Position numbers and translations under genes: made by a program
Shown: one piece after another, positions 1 to 11,200 of the stretch
How positions within the stretch are numbered: the first letter of the stretch is position 1
Layout of the letters: each line of letters begins with the position of its first letter
The notes under the pieces: generated by a model
What the model saw: only the letters and a program-made list of their open reading frames with translations
Databases searched by the model: none
What the model was told of the DNA's origin: nothing
Origin: a virus
Lineage: Duplodnaviria > Caudoviricetes
DNA length: 64,000 nt
Strand: one strand, 5' to 3'
Virus record (IMG/VR): IMGVR_UViG_3300043499_000197
Coordinates: 1,424 to 65,423 of that record

Positions 1-583
1 GGGCTCGGTCTATTGCGATCAGGCGATCCCGGGCGACCTCGCCACGGCGGGCCAGATGTTCTACCGCGACATCGCGGTCAGCGCCGCCAACCCGGTGATC
101 GCGTTTCGCTGCGGTACACACTGTGCCTCGGTCGGCATCGGCTTCGATGGCTCGACTTATAACCATCGCTTCTATACGCGCGGGCAGGCCTTCGTGGACT
201 ATTGGTGCTTTGCCGATGCGCCGGCGCCGATCACGGCCGGGCTGGAGGTCTACAACCAAGCCGGCCAACTGGTGTTCACGAGCAAGGACCGGCCGGCCAA
301 GGTGATCGGCAACTACCAAGCGCCCACGCTGCCGCGTGGCGGCTCGGTCGAGTTCGGCGTCGCGGGCGCGGCGCGGCTGGCAATCATCCAGAACTCGGCC
401 ACCTTCGGCTTGTTCCCGGCGCCGATCCGCGCGCCGATCTGGGCCTACCAATCGCGCATCACTGACGCGGCCACGCTGAGCATCGCGTTCAACATCCTTT
501 CCCAGGCGCCGCCGGCGTACAGCGGCGCGGACATCTTCCCGACCAACAACAACTACACACTGCTCGACACCGCGGGCCAATGA
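1..583 (+). CDS. Virion/tail-associated protein, 5' end outside window
   Basis: Frame of ORF 56..583 is open back to position 2; GC3-rich codons; GLEVYNQAGQLVFTS motif typical of phage minor tail proteins. Confidence 0.6.
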   Translation, partial: GSVYCDQAIPGDLATAGQMFYRDIAVSAANPVIAFRCGTHCASVGIGFDGSTYNHRFYTRGQAFVDYWCFADAPAPITAGLEVYNQAGQLVFTSKDRPAKVIGNYQAPTLPRGGSVEFGVAGAARLAIIQNSATFGLFPAPIRAPIWAYQSRITDAATLSIAFNILSQAPPAYSGADIFPTNNNYTLLDTAGQ

Positions 584-604
584 TTCAAGCCGGTCTGCGA
601 AGAC

Positions 605-610
605 CATAAT
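605..610 (+). promoter_or_regulatory. Candidate -10 box (CATAAT) of a late promoter
   Basis: AT-rich hexamer in intergenic gap; same motif at 45933, 50894, 55662. Confidence 0.35.
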
Positions 611-646
611 GCGGCATCCGCCGCACCACCCCCGAAGGAGTACTTC

Positions 647-1348
647 ATGCCATCTATCCACTCTCCCGCTCGCCGCGAGCGCGATGTCGCCCAAGGTGCC
701 GCGCCCAAGTTCGAAGACTTCCCCGAGGCCGAAGTGGTCGGTGGGGCCATCATCCTGAACGGCAAGAACATGGGCACCCTGACGGTCAACGGCGACGTCG
801 AGCCCAGCGCGTTCGGCCGCGCCTACCTCGACACGGCCGAGCAGGATGCCGTGGAGTCGGTGCCGATCACCGAGGTGCCCGACCCGGTGCCGGTCGGCGT
901 GATCGATCCGGCCCAGCACGAGAAGGTGCTGCCGGTGGCCAAGCAGGCGGTGCGCCAGCGCAAGCAGAACGAGATCGTGGTCGATGCGATGAACTCGCCC
1001 ACCGGTGCCGAAGAAGCGGCGTTCCAGGCGGTCGATGAAGCTGTCGCGCAAGACAGCACGGCCATGCATCCGGGCGACAGCCAGCAGGGCCGCGAGTCAG
1101 CCAACATCCGCCGCGAGCGCGACACCAAGGCGCCGGAAGGCAAGGACGCGGGCGGTCGCAACGCGAACAAGCCGGCCGACGCACGCAAGCAAGACGCCGA
1201 GCGCGACGACAAGGAAGCACGCCAGCGCGCCCGCGACTACCAGGAACAGCAGGAGCGTGAGCAGCGCGACAAGGAAGCCGCGCAGCAGCCGGCCGGCCGC
1301 CGCCCGGCACAGGCCGCTCCTGGCAGCGGCTTGCCGAACACGCGCTGA
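647..1348 (+). CDS. Hypothetical protein, charged C-terminal half
   Basis: 233-aa ORF, AAGGAG SD upstream, GC3 bias. Confidence 0.8.
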   Translation: MPSIHSPARRERDVAQGAAPKFEDFPEAEVVGGAIILNGKNMGTLTVNGDVEPSAFGRAYLDTAEQDAVESVPITEVPDPVPVGVIDPAQHEKVLPVAKQAVRQRKQNEIVVDAMNSPTGAEEAAFQAVDEAVAQDSTAMHPGDSQQGRESANIRRERDTKAPEGKDAGGRNANKPADARKQDAERDDKEARQRARDYQEQQEREQRDKEAAQQPAGRRPAQAAPGSGLPNTR

Positions 1349-1354
1349 TGGGCG

Positions 1355-1777
1355 GTGCCTTCGAAGATCGTCTTTGGCGTCGCGCGCATCCTGGCCTTCA
1401 TCAACCAGCAACGGCCGATGGAGTTCATCCAGGGCATGCGCGGCATCGGACTGGAACGCGAAGGCGAGTTGGTGGCGGGGGTTCTGTTTGAAGGGTGGAA
1501 CTACCAATCGATCTGGGCACACGTCGCGGCCGAGCCCGGATCGCAGTGGCTGAACAAGGAGTACCTGCGCTTCATCTGCAGTTATCCATTCGAAACCTGC
1601 GAGGTCAAGATGGTCCTGGGCTACATGGATGCCAGCAACACGCAGGCGCTGCGCTTCGCCCGCCACTTGGGTTTCAAGATCGAGACCCGGATCACGCAGG
1701 CCGCCTCCGATGGCGGTGACATCTTGATCCTCAAGCTGCGCGAGAAGGATTGCAAGTACACGAAAGCAGGGGTGTGA
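1355..1777 (+). CDS. GNAT-family acetyltransferase-like protein (podovirus internal virion protein A type)
   Basis: N.ALRF..HLGFKIE GNAT C-terminal motif; lies directly upstream of ejection proteins. Confidence 0.75.
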   Translation: MPSKIVFGVARILAFINQQRPMEFIQGMRGIGLEREGELVAGVLFEGWNYQSIWAHVAAEPGSQWLNKEYLRFICSYPFETCEVKMVLGYMDASNTQALRFARHLGFKIETRITQAASDGGDILILKLREKDCKYTKAGV

Positions 1778-1778
1778 C

Positions 1779-2648
1779 ATGGGCGGTTCAGTCAAGGCCA
1801 CGCCACCGGATCCGGCACTCGCCGAGGCGCAGATCAAGTCCCTCAACTCGCAGGCCCACCTGGGCGAGCGGGCCATGGCCAACGCGGAAGCGATGGCGCC
1901 CACGCAGATGGAGCAGATGCGCTTCGGGCTGGACGCTTCACGCCAAGCCTATCGCCAGACCCAGGAGGATCGCGACTATGCGTTGGGCCGGCGCGGCCAG
2001 TACGACACGGCCGTGGACGCCGTGCTCAAGGACAGCGACAAGTTCGACGAGTCGGTGCGCCGCCAGGAGTTGATGGCGCAGGCCAAGGCCGACATCTCCA
2101 CCCAGTTCAGCGGCGCCCAAGACCAGATGACACGGGGCTTGAACCGCGCCGGCGTTGCGCCGGGCAGTGGCAAAGCCTTGCTCATGCAGCAGTCGGGTGA
2201 ACTGGCTGAAGCGGCGGCCAAGTCCCGCGCCGGGCTCATGGTAACGGAAGCGGCGAAGAAGGAGGGGCTGCAGTTGCGTGGGTCAAACGTGGAGATGCTC
2301 AAGGGGGCACCGGCCGCAGCGGCCAGCCTGACCCCGGCCGCAGCCAACCTGGGCGTGATGGGACTGGACACTGCCAACACCGCGCTCACCGGCATGAACC
2401 AGGGCTTCGGCGAAGCCGGCAAGCAAGTCGGCGCCTACGGCCAGATGGCCGGCGACATGTGGAGCAACCAGAACCGGCTCTACACCGCGGCCGAAGCGGC
2501 CAACGACAAAAGCCGGTCGGAGATGTACGGCGCGGCCACCGGCCTTGCGCTGGGCGGGGCCTACAAGGGCGCTTCGAACTACAACTGGACCGGCAGCGCC
2601 ATGGACAGCACGCGCAAGGGCACCTCGCAAAAGAACCTCTGGGGCTAA
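1779..2648 (+). CDS. Internal virion/DNA ejection protein, paralog 1
   Basis: MGGS...PPDP N-terminus, Ala/Gly/Gln-rich helical composition, paralogous to next gene. Confidence 0.7.
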   Translation: MGGSVKATPPDPALAEAQIKSLNSQAHLGERAMANAEAMAPTQMEQMRFGLDASRQAYRQTQEDRDYALGRRGQYDTAVDAVLKDSDKFDESVRRQELMAQAKADISTQFSGAQDQMTRGLNRAGVAPGSGKALLMQQSGELAEAAAKSRAGLMVTEAAKKEGLQLRGSNVEMLKGAPAAAASLTPAAANLGVMGLDTANTALTGMNQGFGEAGKQVGAYGQMAGDMWSNQNRLYTAAEAANDKSRSEMYGAATGLALGGAYKGASNYNWTGSAMDSTRKGTSQKNLWG

Positions 2649-2651
2649 GCC

Positions 2652-3629
2652 ATGGGCAGCAAATCCTCCGCACCACCCCCGGACCCGCGCCTCGCGCAGG
2701 CCCAGACCCAGGCGCTGAACGCACAGACCCACATCGCGCAGCGCACGATGGACCTGCAAGAGCAGATGATGCCGATGCAGCAGGAGTCGCTGCGCTTCGG
2801 ACTGGAGAGTTCGCGCACCGCCTTCCAGCAGTCCCAGGAAGACCGCCAGTACGCGCTCGGCCAGCGGGCTCGCCTGGACACGGCGATGGACCCGCTGATC
2901 AAGGAAGCCACCGGCTTCAACGAGGGCACGCGGCGCGCCGAGTTGATGGGCCAGACCGATCAGGAGATCAGCCGCAACTTCTCCGAAGCCAAGGGCCAGC
3001 AGGAGCGCGGCCTGACACGCGCCGGCACCACGGTCAACGCCGAGCAGACCGGCGCCATGCAGTCGCAGGCACAGATGGCCGAAGCCAAGGCGCGTTCCTT
3101 TGCGGGCTCGGCGGTCAGCACCGCGGCCAAGCAGGAAGGCGTGCAGGCGCGCGCCAACGCGGTCAACATGCTGGGCGGCTTCGGCCCGATGGCCTCGGGG
3201 CTGGCCACCACCGGCGCGCAGATCGGCAGTCAGGCCACCAACATCGTGAACGCGGGTGCCGCCGGCATGAACTCGGGCCTGTCGGCCGCGGGCCAGATCT
3301 TCCAGCAGATGGGCAAGCAGTCCTCCAGCCTGTGGAACGATCAGGCCCAGGCCAAGTTCGCCGCCGACAAGGCCGCCAGCGACTCGAACTCGGAGACCTG
3401 GGGCGCGGTGATCGGCGCGGTGGCGATGGTGGCCATGAGCGACCGGCGCCTGAAGCGCAACGTGACGCGCGTCGGTCGCACCGCCAAGGGCATTCCGATG
3501 TACCGCTTCCGGTACCTGGGTGGTGACAGCTACCACGTGGGTCCGATGGCCGACGAGGTGGAACAAATTGTGCCGCAAGCCGTGCGCACGATCGCCGGCT
3601 TCAAGGCCGTCGATTACAGCCAGATCTAG
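2652..3629 (+). CDS. Internal virion/ejection protein, paralog 2, with C-terminal peptidase S74 (intramolecular chaperone)-like domain
   Basis: SDRRLKRNV...YRFRY...GPMADEVE...PQAV...VDY motif. Confidence 0.75.
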   Translation: MGSKSSAPPPDPRLAQAQTQALNAQTHIAQRTMDLQEQMMPMQQESLRFGLESSRTAFQQSQEDRQYALGQRARLDTAMDPLIKEATGFNEGTRRAELMGQTDQEISRNFSEAKGQQERGLTRAGTTVNAEQTGAMQSQAQMAEAKARSFAGSAVSTAAKQEGVQARANAVNMLGGFGPMASGLATTGAQIGSQATNIVNAGAAGMNSGLSAAGQIFQQMGKQSSSLWNDQAQAKFAADKAASDSNSETWGAVIGAVAMVAMSDRRLKRNVTRVGRTAKGIPMYRFRYLGGDSYHVGPMADEVEQIVPQAVRTIAGFKAVDYSQI

Positions 3630-3638
3630 GAGACAAGC

Positions 3639-5204
3639 ATGGGCTTCGCAGCAGGACTCAAGCAAGGCAGCGGCCTCGTGCAATCGGTGCTGGACAACGA
3701 GCGCCAAGCCGTGCTCGATGCGCGCGCCGCGGAAGAGTACGACTACAAGAAGGGCGAGCGCGAGCGCGTGAATCAGGCTTGGGGTGGCGTCGGCAAATTC
3801 GGACGCGAAGGCCCGGCTTCTTCGACCGCGATCCCGGAAGATTACCTGACACCCGAAGAGCGCGCCGTGCCGAAGCCCGCTGGTGGACTGGCGCCTCCTG
3901 CGCCCGCGGGTGGAATTGCGCCTCCCGCTGCGGGCCTCGCGCCCCCGGCTGCTGGCCTTGCACCTCCTGCTGCGCCGGCTGGCGGACTCGCGCCCCCTGC
4001 TGCACCTGCTGCTGGCCTGGCACCTCCTGCTGCCCCTGCCCCCGCCGCGGCCCCTGCTGCGCCGGCAACCTCGGAAGCGATGCAGCATGCGCGCGAGATG
4101 TTCAACGTGGCTGTCGCCAGCCGGGATGCGAACGCGGTGACGCAGGCCCGTACGAACATCGAAGCGGTAGACCAGCGCGAGATCCTGGGCAAGGTCGGCA
4201 AGATGACCCCCAAGGAGATTTCCACCTACGTGCAGCAGCATGCCAACCTGACGGACGGCCTGAAGATGTCCATCGCCGAGGCCGGCCCCGGCAAGTATCG
4301 GCTCACGACCTGGGGCAAGGACGGCATCGGGAAGGAGACGCTGCTCAACGGCGCACAGGCCCAGCAGTTGGCTGCTTCGCACATGCTGATGGAGAAGTAC
4401 CCCGACAAGGGCATGGCGATGGCCGCTGGCGTGCACAAAGACCTCGACGCGATGGTCAAGGAACACAACGCCGAGATGCTGGCCCAGAACACGCAGGCCA
4501 ACACCGCCGTCCACAACTTCGACACCCAGCAGGAGACCGGGCGCCACAACCGGGCGGCCGAAGGCAACGCAGCAGCCAACACGGCGATCTCGCGCGAGCG
4601 TCTCGGGCTGGAAAGGGACAAGGCCACAGACGCCAAGAAGGACAGCAAGCTGGCGAGCATGGACATCGTGGCTTCCAACAAGGATGGCTACGTGCTGATG
4701 AACAAGCGCGGCGAGCGTGAGTTCGTGCAGTACCCCGAGGGCGTGACCCAGCAGGACTTCGTCAAGAAGTACATGCCGCAGGGCGACACGGCGCCCAAGA
4801 TCAACGCGGACGGCAGCGCTACTTTCAGGGGCGATCTCTACGAGAAGGACCCGAAGACCAACAAGTGGACCAAGGCCGAAGGGTTCGGGCCGTCTGCGAT
4901 CGAAACCAAGTTCGATACCCTGATCAGCGGCAAGAACAAGCCCGGCGCAGCCAAGCCCGATGCGGCCAAGACTGCACTAGAGGCTGGGCCGCCGCGCACC
5001 GCCATGAACCCGCCGCCCAACGCCCGGCAGGAGTTGGCCGAGCGTGCACAGAAAGAAGTCCAGGCCAAGACGGACCCGGAACTCGCCGCGCTGATGCAGC
5101 AGTACAACCAAGCCAGTGGCCGGCAAGCCGTCACCATTGGCCAGCAGATCAGGCAGATGCGCATGGAGCGCTACGGACTGGAATCGAGCCCGCTCGGCTT
5201 GTAA
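3639..5204 (+). CDS. Internal virion/ejection protein with Pro/Ala repeat
   Basis: AGGAG SD; MGFAAGLKQG start; ETGRHNRA motif seen in podovirus ejection proteins. Confidence 0.7.
   Translation: MGFAAGLKQGSGLVQSVLDNERQAVLDARAAEEYDYKKGERERVNQAWGGVGKFGREGPASSTAIPEDYLTPEERAVPKPAGGLAPPAPAGGIAPPAAGLAPPAAGLAPPAAPAGGLAPPAAPAAGLAPPAAPAPAAAPAAPATSEAMQHAREMFNVAVASRDANAVTQARTNIEAVDQREILGKVGKMTPKEISTYVQQHANLTDGLKMSIAEAGPGKYRLTTWGKDGIGKETLLNGAQAQQLAASHMLMEKYPDKGMAMAAGVHKDLDAMVKEHNAEMLAQNTQANTAVHNFDTQQETGRHNRAAEGNAAANTAISRERLGLERDKATDAKKDSKLASMDIVASNKDGYVLMNKRGEREFVQYPEGVTQQDFVKKYMPQGDTAPKINADGSATFRGDLYEKDPKTNKWTKAEGFGPSAIETKFDTLISGKNKPGAAKPDAAKTALEAGPPRTAMNPPPNARQELAERAQKEVQAKTDPELAALMQQYNQASGRQAVTIGQQIRQMRMERYGLESSPLGL
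3879..4065 (+). repeat. Six in-frame G(L/I)APPA peptide repeats
   Basis: GGLAPPAP AGGIAPPA AGLAPPA AGLAPPAAP AGGLAPPAAP AAGLAPPAAP; codons differ between copies. Confidence 0.85.
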
Positions 5205-5213
5205 AGGATCGAC

Positions 5214-8200
5214 ATGGCCCTGCTAGACAAGATGCGCCAGCACTATGGCGCGGACCTGTCCGACGAAGAGATCATCACCCGCGCGTCCAAGGACCTGGAC
5301 GTGCCTGTCACGGACATGGCCAAGGAGGTCGGCTACAAGACCGGCGGCAAGTGGGGCAGCGCGGCCAGCGGGGCCGTGGACACCATGCAGTCGCAGGCCT
5401 GGGATGCTGGCGAAGCGGCGGCGCAGGGGTTGGGCTGGGAGGGTGTAGCCAAGTATGCCAAGGGCAAGCGCAAGCAGAACGAAGCGTCTGCCGAGATCGC
5501 GGGCGCCGCCGCCGAAGCGCAGGGCCTCACTACCGACTGGCGTGGCATTCGAGGCGCGGGCGACGTGGGCGAGTTCGTCGGCAGCACGGCGATCGGCTCG
5601 GCGCCGCAGATGGGGGTCGGGCTGGCCGGTGCTGCGGCCGGTGCGGCCATCGGCTCGGTGGTCCCCGTCGTCGGCACCGCCGTGGGCGGCGCGGCGGGCT
5701 ACGCCCTGTCGCAGTTGCCGCTGTACTTCGGCGCCAACCGGCAGGCGCAGCGCGAGCAGACCAAGGACCTGCTGGGCGGCGAGCGGGTGGACGACACCTC
5801 CGCGCTGCTGGCGGCGGGGGGCCAGACGGCGTTGGACATGTTCGGTGGTCCGGTGGGCAGTGCTGTGCGGCGCGGCGGCACGGCGATCGGCCGCAAGCTG
5901 GGACGCGAGGTGCTCAAGGAAGAGGCCGAAGAGGTGGCCGAGACTGGCGCGAAGAAGGCAGGGCGCTCCACGTTCTCGCCTTTGGCGATGGCCAAGGACT
6001 TCGCGGTCGGCGGTATCAAGGAAGGGGCGTACTCCGAGATACCGCAGCAGGTGCTGGAAGAGTACGCGCGCGGTGCCGTGGATTCGAGTCACGACCTGCT
6101 GGGCTCGGAAGCGCAGGGACGCTACATCGGCGCGGCAGCCGGTGCGCTGGCGCTGGGCGGCCCGGTGAACGCCGTGACCGGTGCCATGGGGCGCGCGAAA
6201 GCCAACTCGCGCAGCGACTACGATCCCACCGCTTCCAAGACCGAGGCGCCGGCGACGGTGGCGGGCTCCAAGAATGCACCGGCCGCAGGGCTGACGCCCG
6301 AGATGGTGGGTCCGCCGCGCGAGATGGTCGGACCCACGCGCGCCATGCCCGACGATTCCATCGTGGCGGCGCAGGCTGCAGGGACGGTGAAAGAGGTGCT
6401 CGGAACTCCGTCCGAAGCCAGGATCGACGCGAACGCGCCGCCGGCACCGCCGACACCCGAGCAGACGGCGGCCGACAAACGCGCAGCCGGCATCGCGAGC
6501 GAGAAGGCAGCCCTGGCCGCGCGCAGCGAGAAGGCAGCGGCCGATGGTGTCGATCCGAAGTACGTGCTGGAACACGCGGCGCTGGAGGGTGCGCTGAGCG
6601 AAGGCTTGATCAGCGAGGCCGAGGAGCAGCGGGCCGTGGCAGCGCTGGCGACGGGCGAGCCGGCCCTGGTGGCCGAGACCAAGAAGCTGGTGGCCGAGAT
6701 CGAGAAGGAACACGCCACCCGCCAGCAAGCGCCTGTCCCGAAAGTGGCGGGCCTGTCGCCGGGCCGCAGCGCCCTGGCCGCGTTCACCCACAAGGAGACC
6801 GGCAAGCCGATGTCCGAGCAGGCGCGCGACCGTGCCTACCTGATCCTGGGCCTGGACGAAGAGGGCCACCCGGTGGGCGACCCGCTGACGCTGCAGGACG
6901 TGGCCGAGATCGAGCACCGCGTGCAAGGCAAGACGGGTCCGGTGCCCGACAACAAGAAAGCCTTGAAGGCCATCAGCAAGCAACTCAACGAGTTCGGCCT
7001 GGACGCGGAGGCTCGCCGTGCGCTGTACAAGCAGATCCACGGCGAGGACATGCCGCTCGAAGGCAACGTCACTGCCGAAGGCGACGCGGCGCTGCAGGAG
7101 GGCGAGGAGGTCGAGGTCGAGCCGGAGCACCGGGACCGTGTCACCGACAGCGACGAGTCCGAACTGCAAGGCGCCATCGGAACGCACGACACGCGGATCG
7201 GCGCGGAGGATGTGGGCGACACCGGCTCCATGCGTCTGGTGGGCAGCGCCAACCAGAACGTGGCCGTCGAGGAAATCACCAGCGAGCAGCGCGCCGACGT
7301 GCTCAGCAGCCTGATCGCCGGGCCGGGCTACAACGATGCGCAAAAGGAAGCCTTCAAGCAGGCACTGGGCAGCGGCAAGACGCTGGGCAGCGAAGCCGGC
7401 GCGAAGAAGCTGCTGGCCGACACGGCCAACTTCAACGAGGATGAACTCAAGGCGCTGGGGGTCCTGTTCGAGCACGGCAAGACCACCAAGGCGGCAGCCG
7501 GCCGGCGTGCCCGCGTGGAAGCCGTGGTTGCCCGGCTGACCGGCGAGATGACCGAGCACGAGCGGCAGGTGCGCGAGCGCCAACAGGCGGCGAACAATGC
7601 GCGGCTGGCCCAGGAAGAGTTGAAGCGTGCCGAACTCAAGGCCCAGCAGGAAGGCGGCCTGGAAGACCTGGATGCGCGCCTGGACGAGGACGGCCGCACG
7701 CTGCGCATGCACCTGATGCTGAAAACGGGCGAGTTCGAGACGGCCGAAGAGCGCGAAGAGCGCCGGGCTGCAGGCCGCATGTCCCGGCAAGAGCGCTTGA
7801 TCGGCGAGTCGCTGGCAGATGCCAAGGCGACCTACGCGCGACTGTTCGCGGACCATGCCAAGGAGAAAGACCCGAACGACCACCTGCCGCCGTGGGATGA
7901 ACTCACGCCGCGCGAGCAGGCGGCGTTCGTACGCATGGTGGACTACCAGAACTTCGAGAGCCGGGACCCTGAGCACGTCGCGCAGGGCAAGATCGCCGGC
8001 AAGGCGTACGAAGCGCAGGAGGGCCATGCCCAGCGCACGGCCGCCGCCAAGCGCGAAGCCGAGAAGGCGGTCGCCAAAGCGATGCCTGAGTTCCAGGCCG
8101 AAGTGAAGAAGACCTACGAGGCCGAGACCCAAGCCGAGACCCAGCGCATCATCGAAGAGTCAAAGGCCCGCTCGCAGCAGCGCAAGGAAAAGCTCACGCT

Positions 8201-11200
8201 CAAGGCCAAGCCGAAGGCCGAGCCCCCGGCTGCACCCGCGCCGGCCCCCCAGGAGAAACCCAGTGGCCAACAAGCAAGTCCCGAAAGTGTCAGTCCCCCG
8301 AAGCCCGAGCCCGTCGAAGCTAAAGCCGCCCCGCGAGTCCATCGACGAGCAAGTAAGCCGGCTGTCCAAGCAGTGGTCGGAGGCGGAACTGCAACTGCTG
8401 GAAAAGAAGTATCCAAAGGCAGTGCACGCGGTGCGCCTGACGCAACTGCAAGAGCGCCACATGGACCCGGACCAGTTCGCGGTGAGGATGGCCAAGCTGC
8501 GCCAGCCGCCAGCACCGAAGGGGACCGTGCCGATGTAGCTGCAGACGACGGCTTCTGGGACCGTGCCGGCCCTACGGGGCCGACCGAAGAAGAGCAAGCG
8601 CGTGCCGTGCTGGGCGATGTGCCGATGGAGCGCGAGTACGACGAGAACACCAGTTGGTCGGCGGTCATCCCGCTGCAGAAGAAAGAGAAGCAGGCCGAAG
8701 ACGACGTGATGGTCGGCGCCGGCAACAACTGGATTCCGTTCGAGAAGGCCAAGGAACTGGCGGCCAAGTACCTGAGCGCGCGCCAGTTGAAGATGCCGTT
8801 CCAGTACCAGCACATGCTGGGCATCGCGGCGCGCGACTGGGAGCGCATGATCCAGGCGATGACCGGCCTGACGACCCGGGAAGCACTGGAGGGCAAGGCG
8901 GCCGTCGCACCGGCGGCCAAGGAATCGGAGTATGCCGCTGCGGCTTCGTCGTTCATGGAAGACAACTCGTCGGTCGAGCCGGACGACTTCGCCGACCCGG
9001 TGAAGCTGGAAAACGGCAAGTACATGAACGCGCCCGATCTGGCGCAAGCGGTCGTCCTGTCGCTGCCGGCCGAGGAGCACACCGACCCTGATGCCTACGC
9101 CAAGCTGGGCATCCTGCCCGAGGGCCGCGCCGAGGTGCTGAGCGCGGTGAACGAGTTGCTGGCATCGCCGCAGTTCCAGAACGTCGAGCGGCTGAACGCG
9201 GCGCGCGACGAGTCGCCGGCCCCACTGACCGTCACGGCGTCCGCCGGCACGCAAGTCGAAGGGGGCGTTCCTCGCGCCCCTTCCGTGACGCGGGTGGTGA
9301 GGAGGGCGCGCACCGGGCTCGACGAGGGCACGCTGACGCCGGAACAGTTCGCTGCCCAGGCCACGGCCGCGCTCGATGCGGCCGACGCGGCGCGCGAGAG
9401 CAAGCCGCGCGTGGGCAAGCTGCGCGGCGCCGACCGCATCATGGAGATGCTGCTGGCCGCGCGCCGGCGCGGCGAACTCGATGCCGAAGGTGTCGAGATG
9501 GCGATGTGGTTCATCCGCCAGAACCCGGCCGCGGTGGACAACCTGGGCATCAGCATCCGCGCGGCCGGCGAGAACGAGGCGGGCACCTCGGGCTACTACA
9601 ACCCGGTGGCCCGGATCGTCACGCTGATCAAGGGCTCGCTCAACACCGAGACCGCGGTGCACGAGATCCTGCACCACCTCGAACGCATGATGCCGCGCAA
9701 CCTGCAGAACGCCATCCGGCGCACCTGGGCCAAGAGCTTGGCCAAGGCCTACAAGGCGGCGCAGAAGGCCGGCAACGAGAACCTCACCGCTTATTACAAA
9801 GCGCTGATGGACTACCACTTCGACAACGGCCGGACTGCGCTGCTGGACAAGGCGCTGGACATGCTGCACTCGGGGGCCGTGGGCTACGAGCACTACCAGC
9901 ACTTCAACCCGAGCGAGTTTTGGGCCATCAACGGCAGCCGCATCGTGGCCGGGCGCTTCGGCGTCTCGGGCTCGGTCGTCGGGCGCATCCGCCAGTACCT
10001 GGGCGAGTTCGTGCAGAAGGTGAAGTCGGTGCTGGGCCTGAAGTCGGACGCTTCGATCATCCGTGCGCTCAACTCGGTGGCCCGCGCGGACGGCACCTTC
10101 ACCAGCGGCCTGATGCTGCAGGACCAGCCCGGCGTGCACTTCATGTACGCGGGCCAGAAGACCGCCGACCAGGAGCAACTTAACCAACTGAACCGCTACC
10201 ACTGGATGCGCGCGACGGGCGAGACCACGGCCGCGCAGGCGCGGGTGGCCACCGGGTGGTTCCGCAACCCGATCGACGGCGAGATGCGCTACGAGATCGC
10301 CGACCACGATGCCGAGTTCACCACGGCGCGCCCGCCCGAGCGCATGGTGCTCACGCAGCGCGGCCAGAAGCCGGTCACCTACCGGCTGGACGAGGTGCTG
10401 ATCCATCCGGCGCTGTTCGAAGCCTACCCGGAGGCGCGCCAGATCCTGGTGTCGCGCCAGGACGATCCGAACCCGACGGTGCAGGGCTGGTTCAACCCGG
10501 ACCAGAACATGGTGGTCTTCACGCCGCGCGCGGACAACCCGCTGTCCACGCTGGTGCACGAACTGCAGCACTGGGTGCAAACCCAGGAAGGTTTCGCGGT
10601 GGGCGGCTCGCCCGAAGAGGTGACGCACGCCATGAGCCCGGAGCAGCGCGTGCGCCTGTACCTGCGCGCCAGTGCCGAGATGGCCAAGCCCGGCTACCAG
10701 TCGCACCTGGAGGAATCCGACCGCCAGCGCCTGGAGATCCTGCTGGCCGGCAACCTGGAGCCCGACCCCGATGCGCTGGCACTGTATGCGGCCGGCACCG
10801 CGGCGCTGCAGCGCGCCTACCTGCACATCGCCGGCGAGATCGAGGCGCGCGACACGCAGGCCCGCCTGCAGATGACGCCCACGCAGCGCGACGAGACCAC
10901 ACCGCTCACCAGCGAGAAGATCGGCCTGAAGGATGTGGTGACGATCCGGGGCGCTGCGGGGACAGCGAAGTCGGTGGAGGGTGGTGTCTCGCGGCGCAAC
11001 GTGCTGCTGGGCGCGCTCGCCTCGGCGGCTGGGGTGCGGGCCAACGCGGCCACCGACACGCTCGTGCAGGGGAAAGCCCAGCCCATCAACCCCCAGTCGT
11101 GGGGTGCCAAGATCTCGCCGGCGGCGGAAAAGCTGCTGCGGGCGGGCGACCTGCGTGGCGCTATTGCGCAGATCGCCGAAGGGGCTCGCGACCCACGCAT

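Noticed and set aside
3883-4140. Leu-rich +1 ORF as a third nested gene
   Set aside because: No SD; the CTG runs arise automatically from CCT-GCT codons of the Pro/Ala repeat
9258-9306. Hairpin GAAGGGGGCG/CGCGCCCCTTC followed by GGTGAGGAGG in the giant gene
   Set aside because: No start codon at a suitable distance and no U-tract; plausible by chance at this GC
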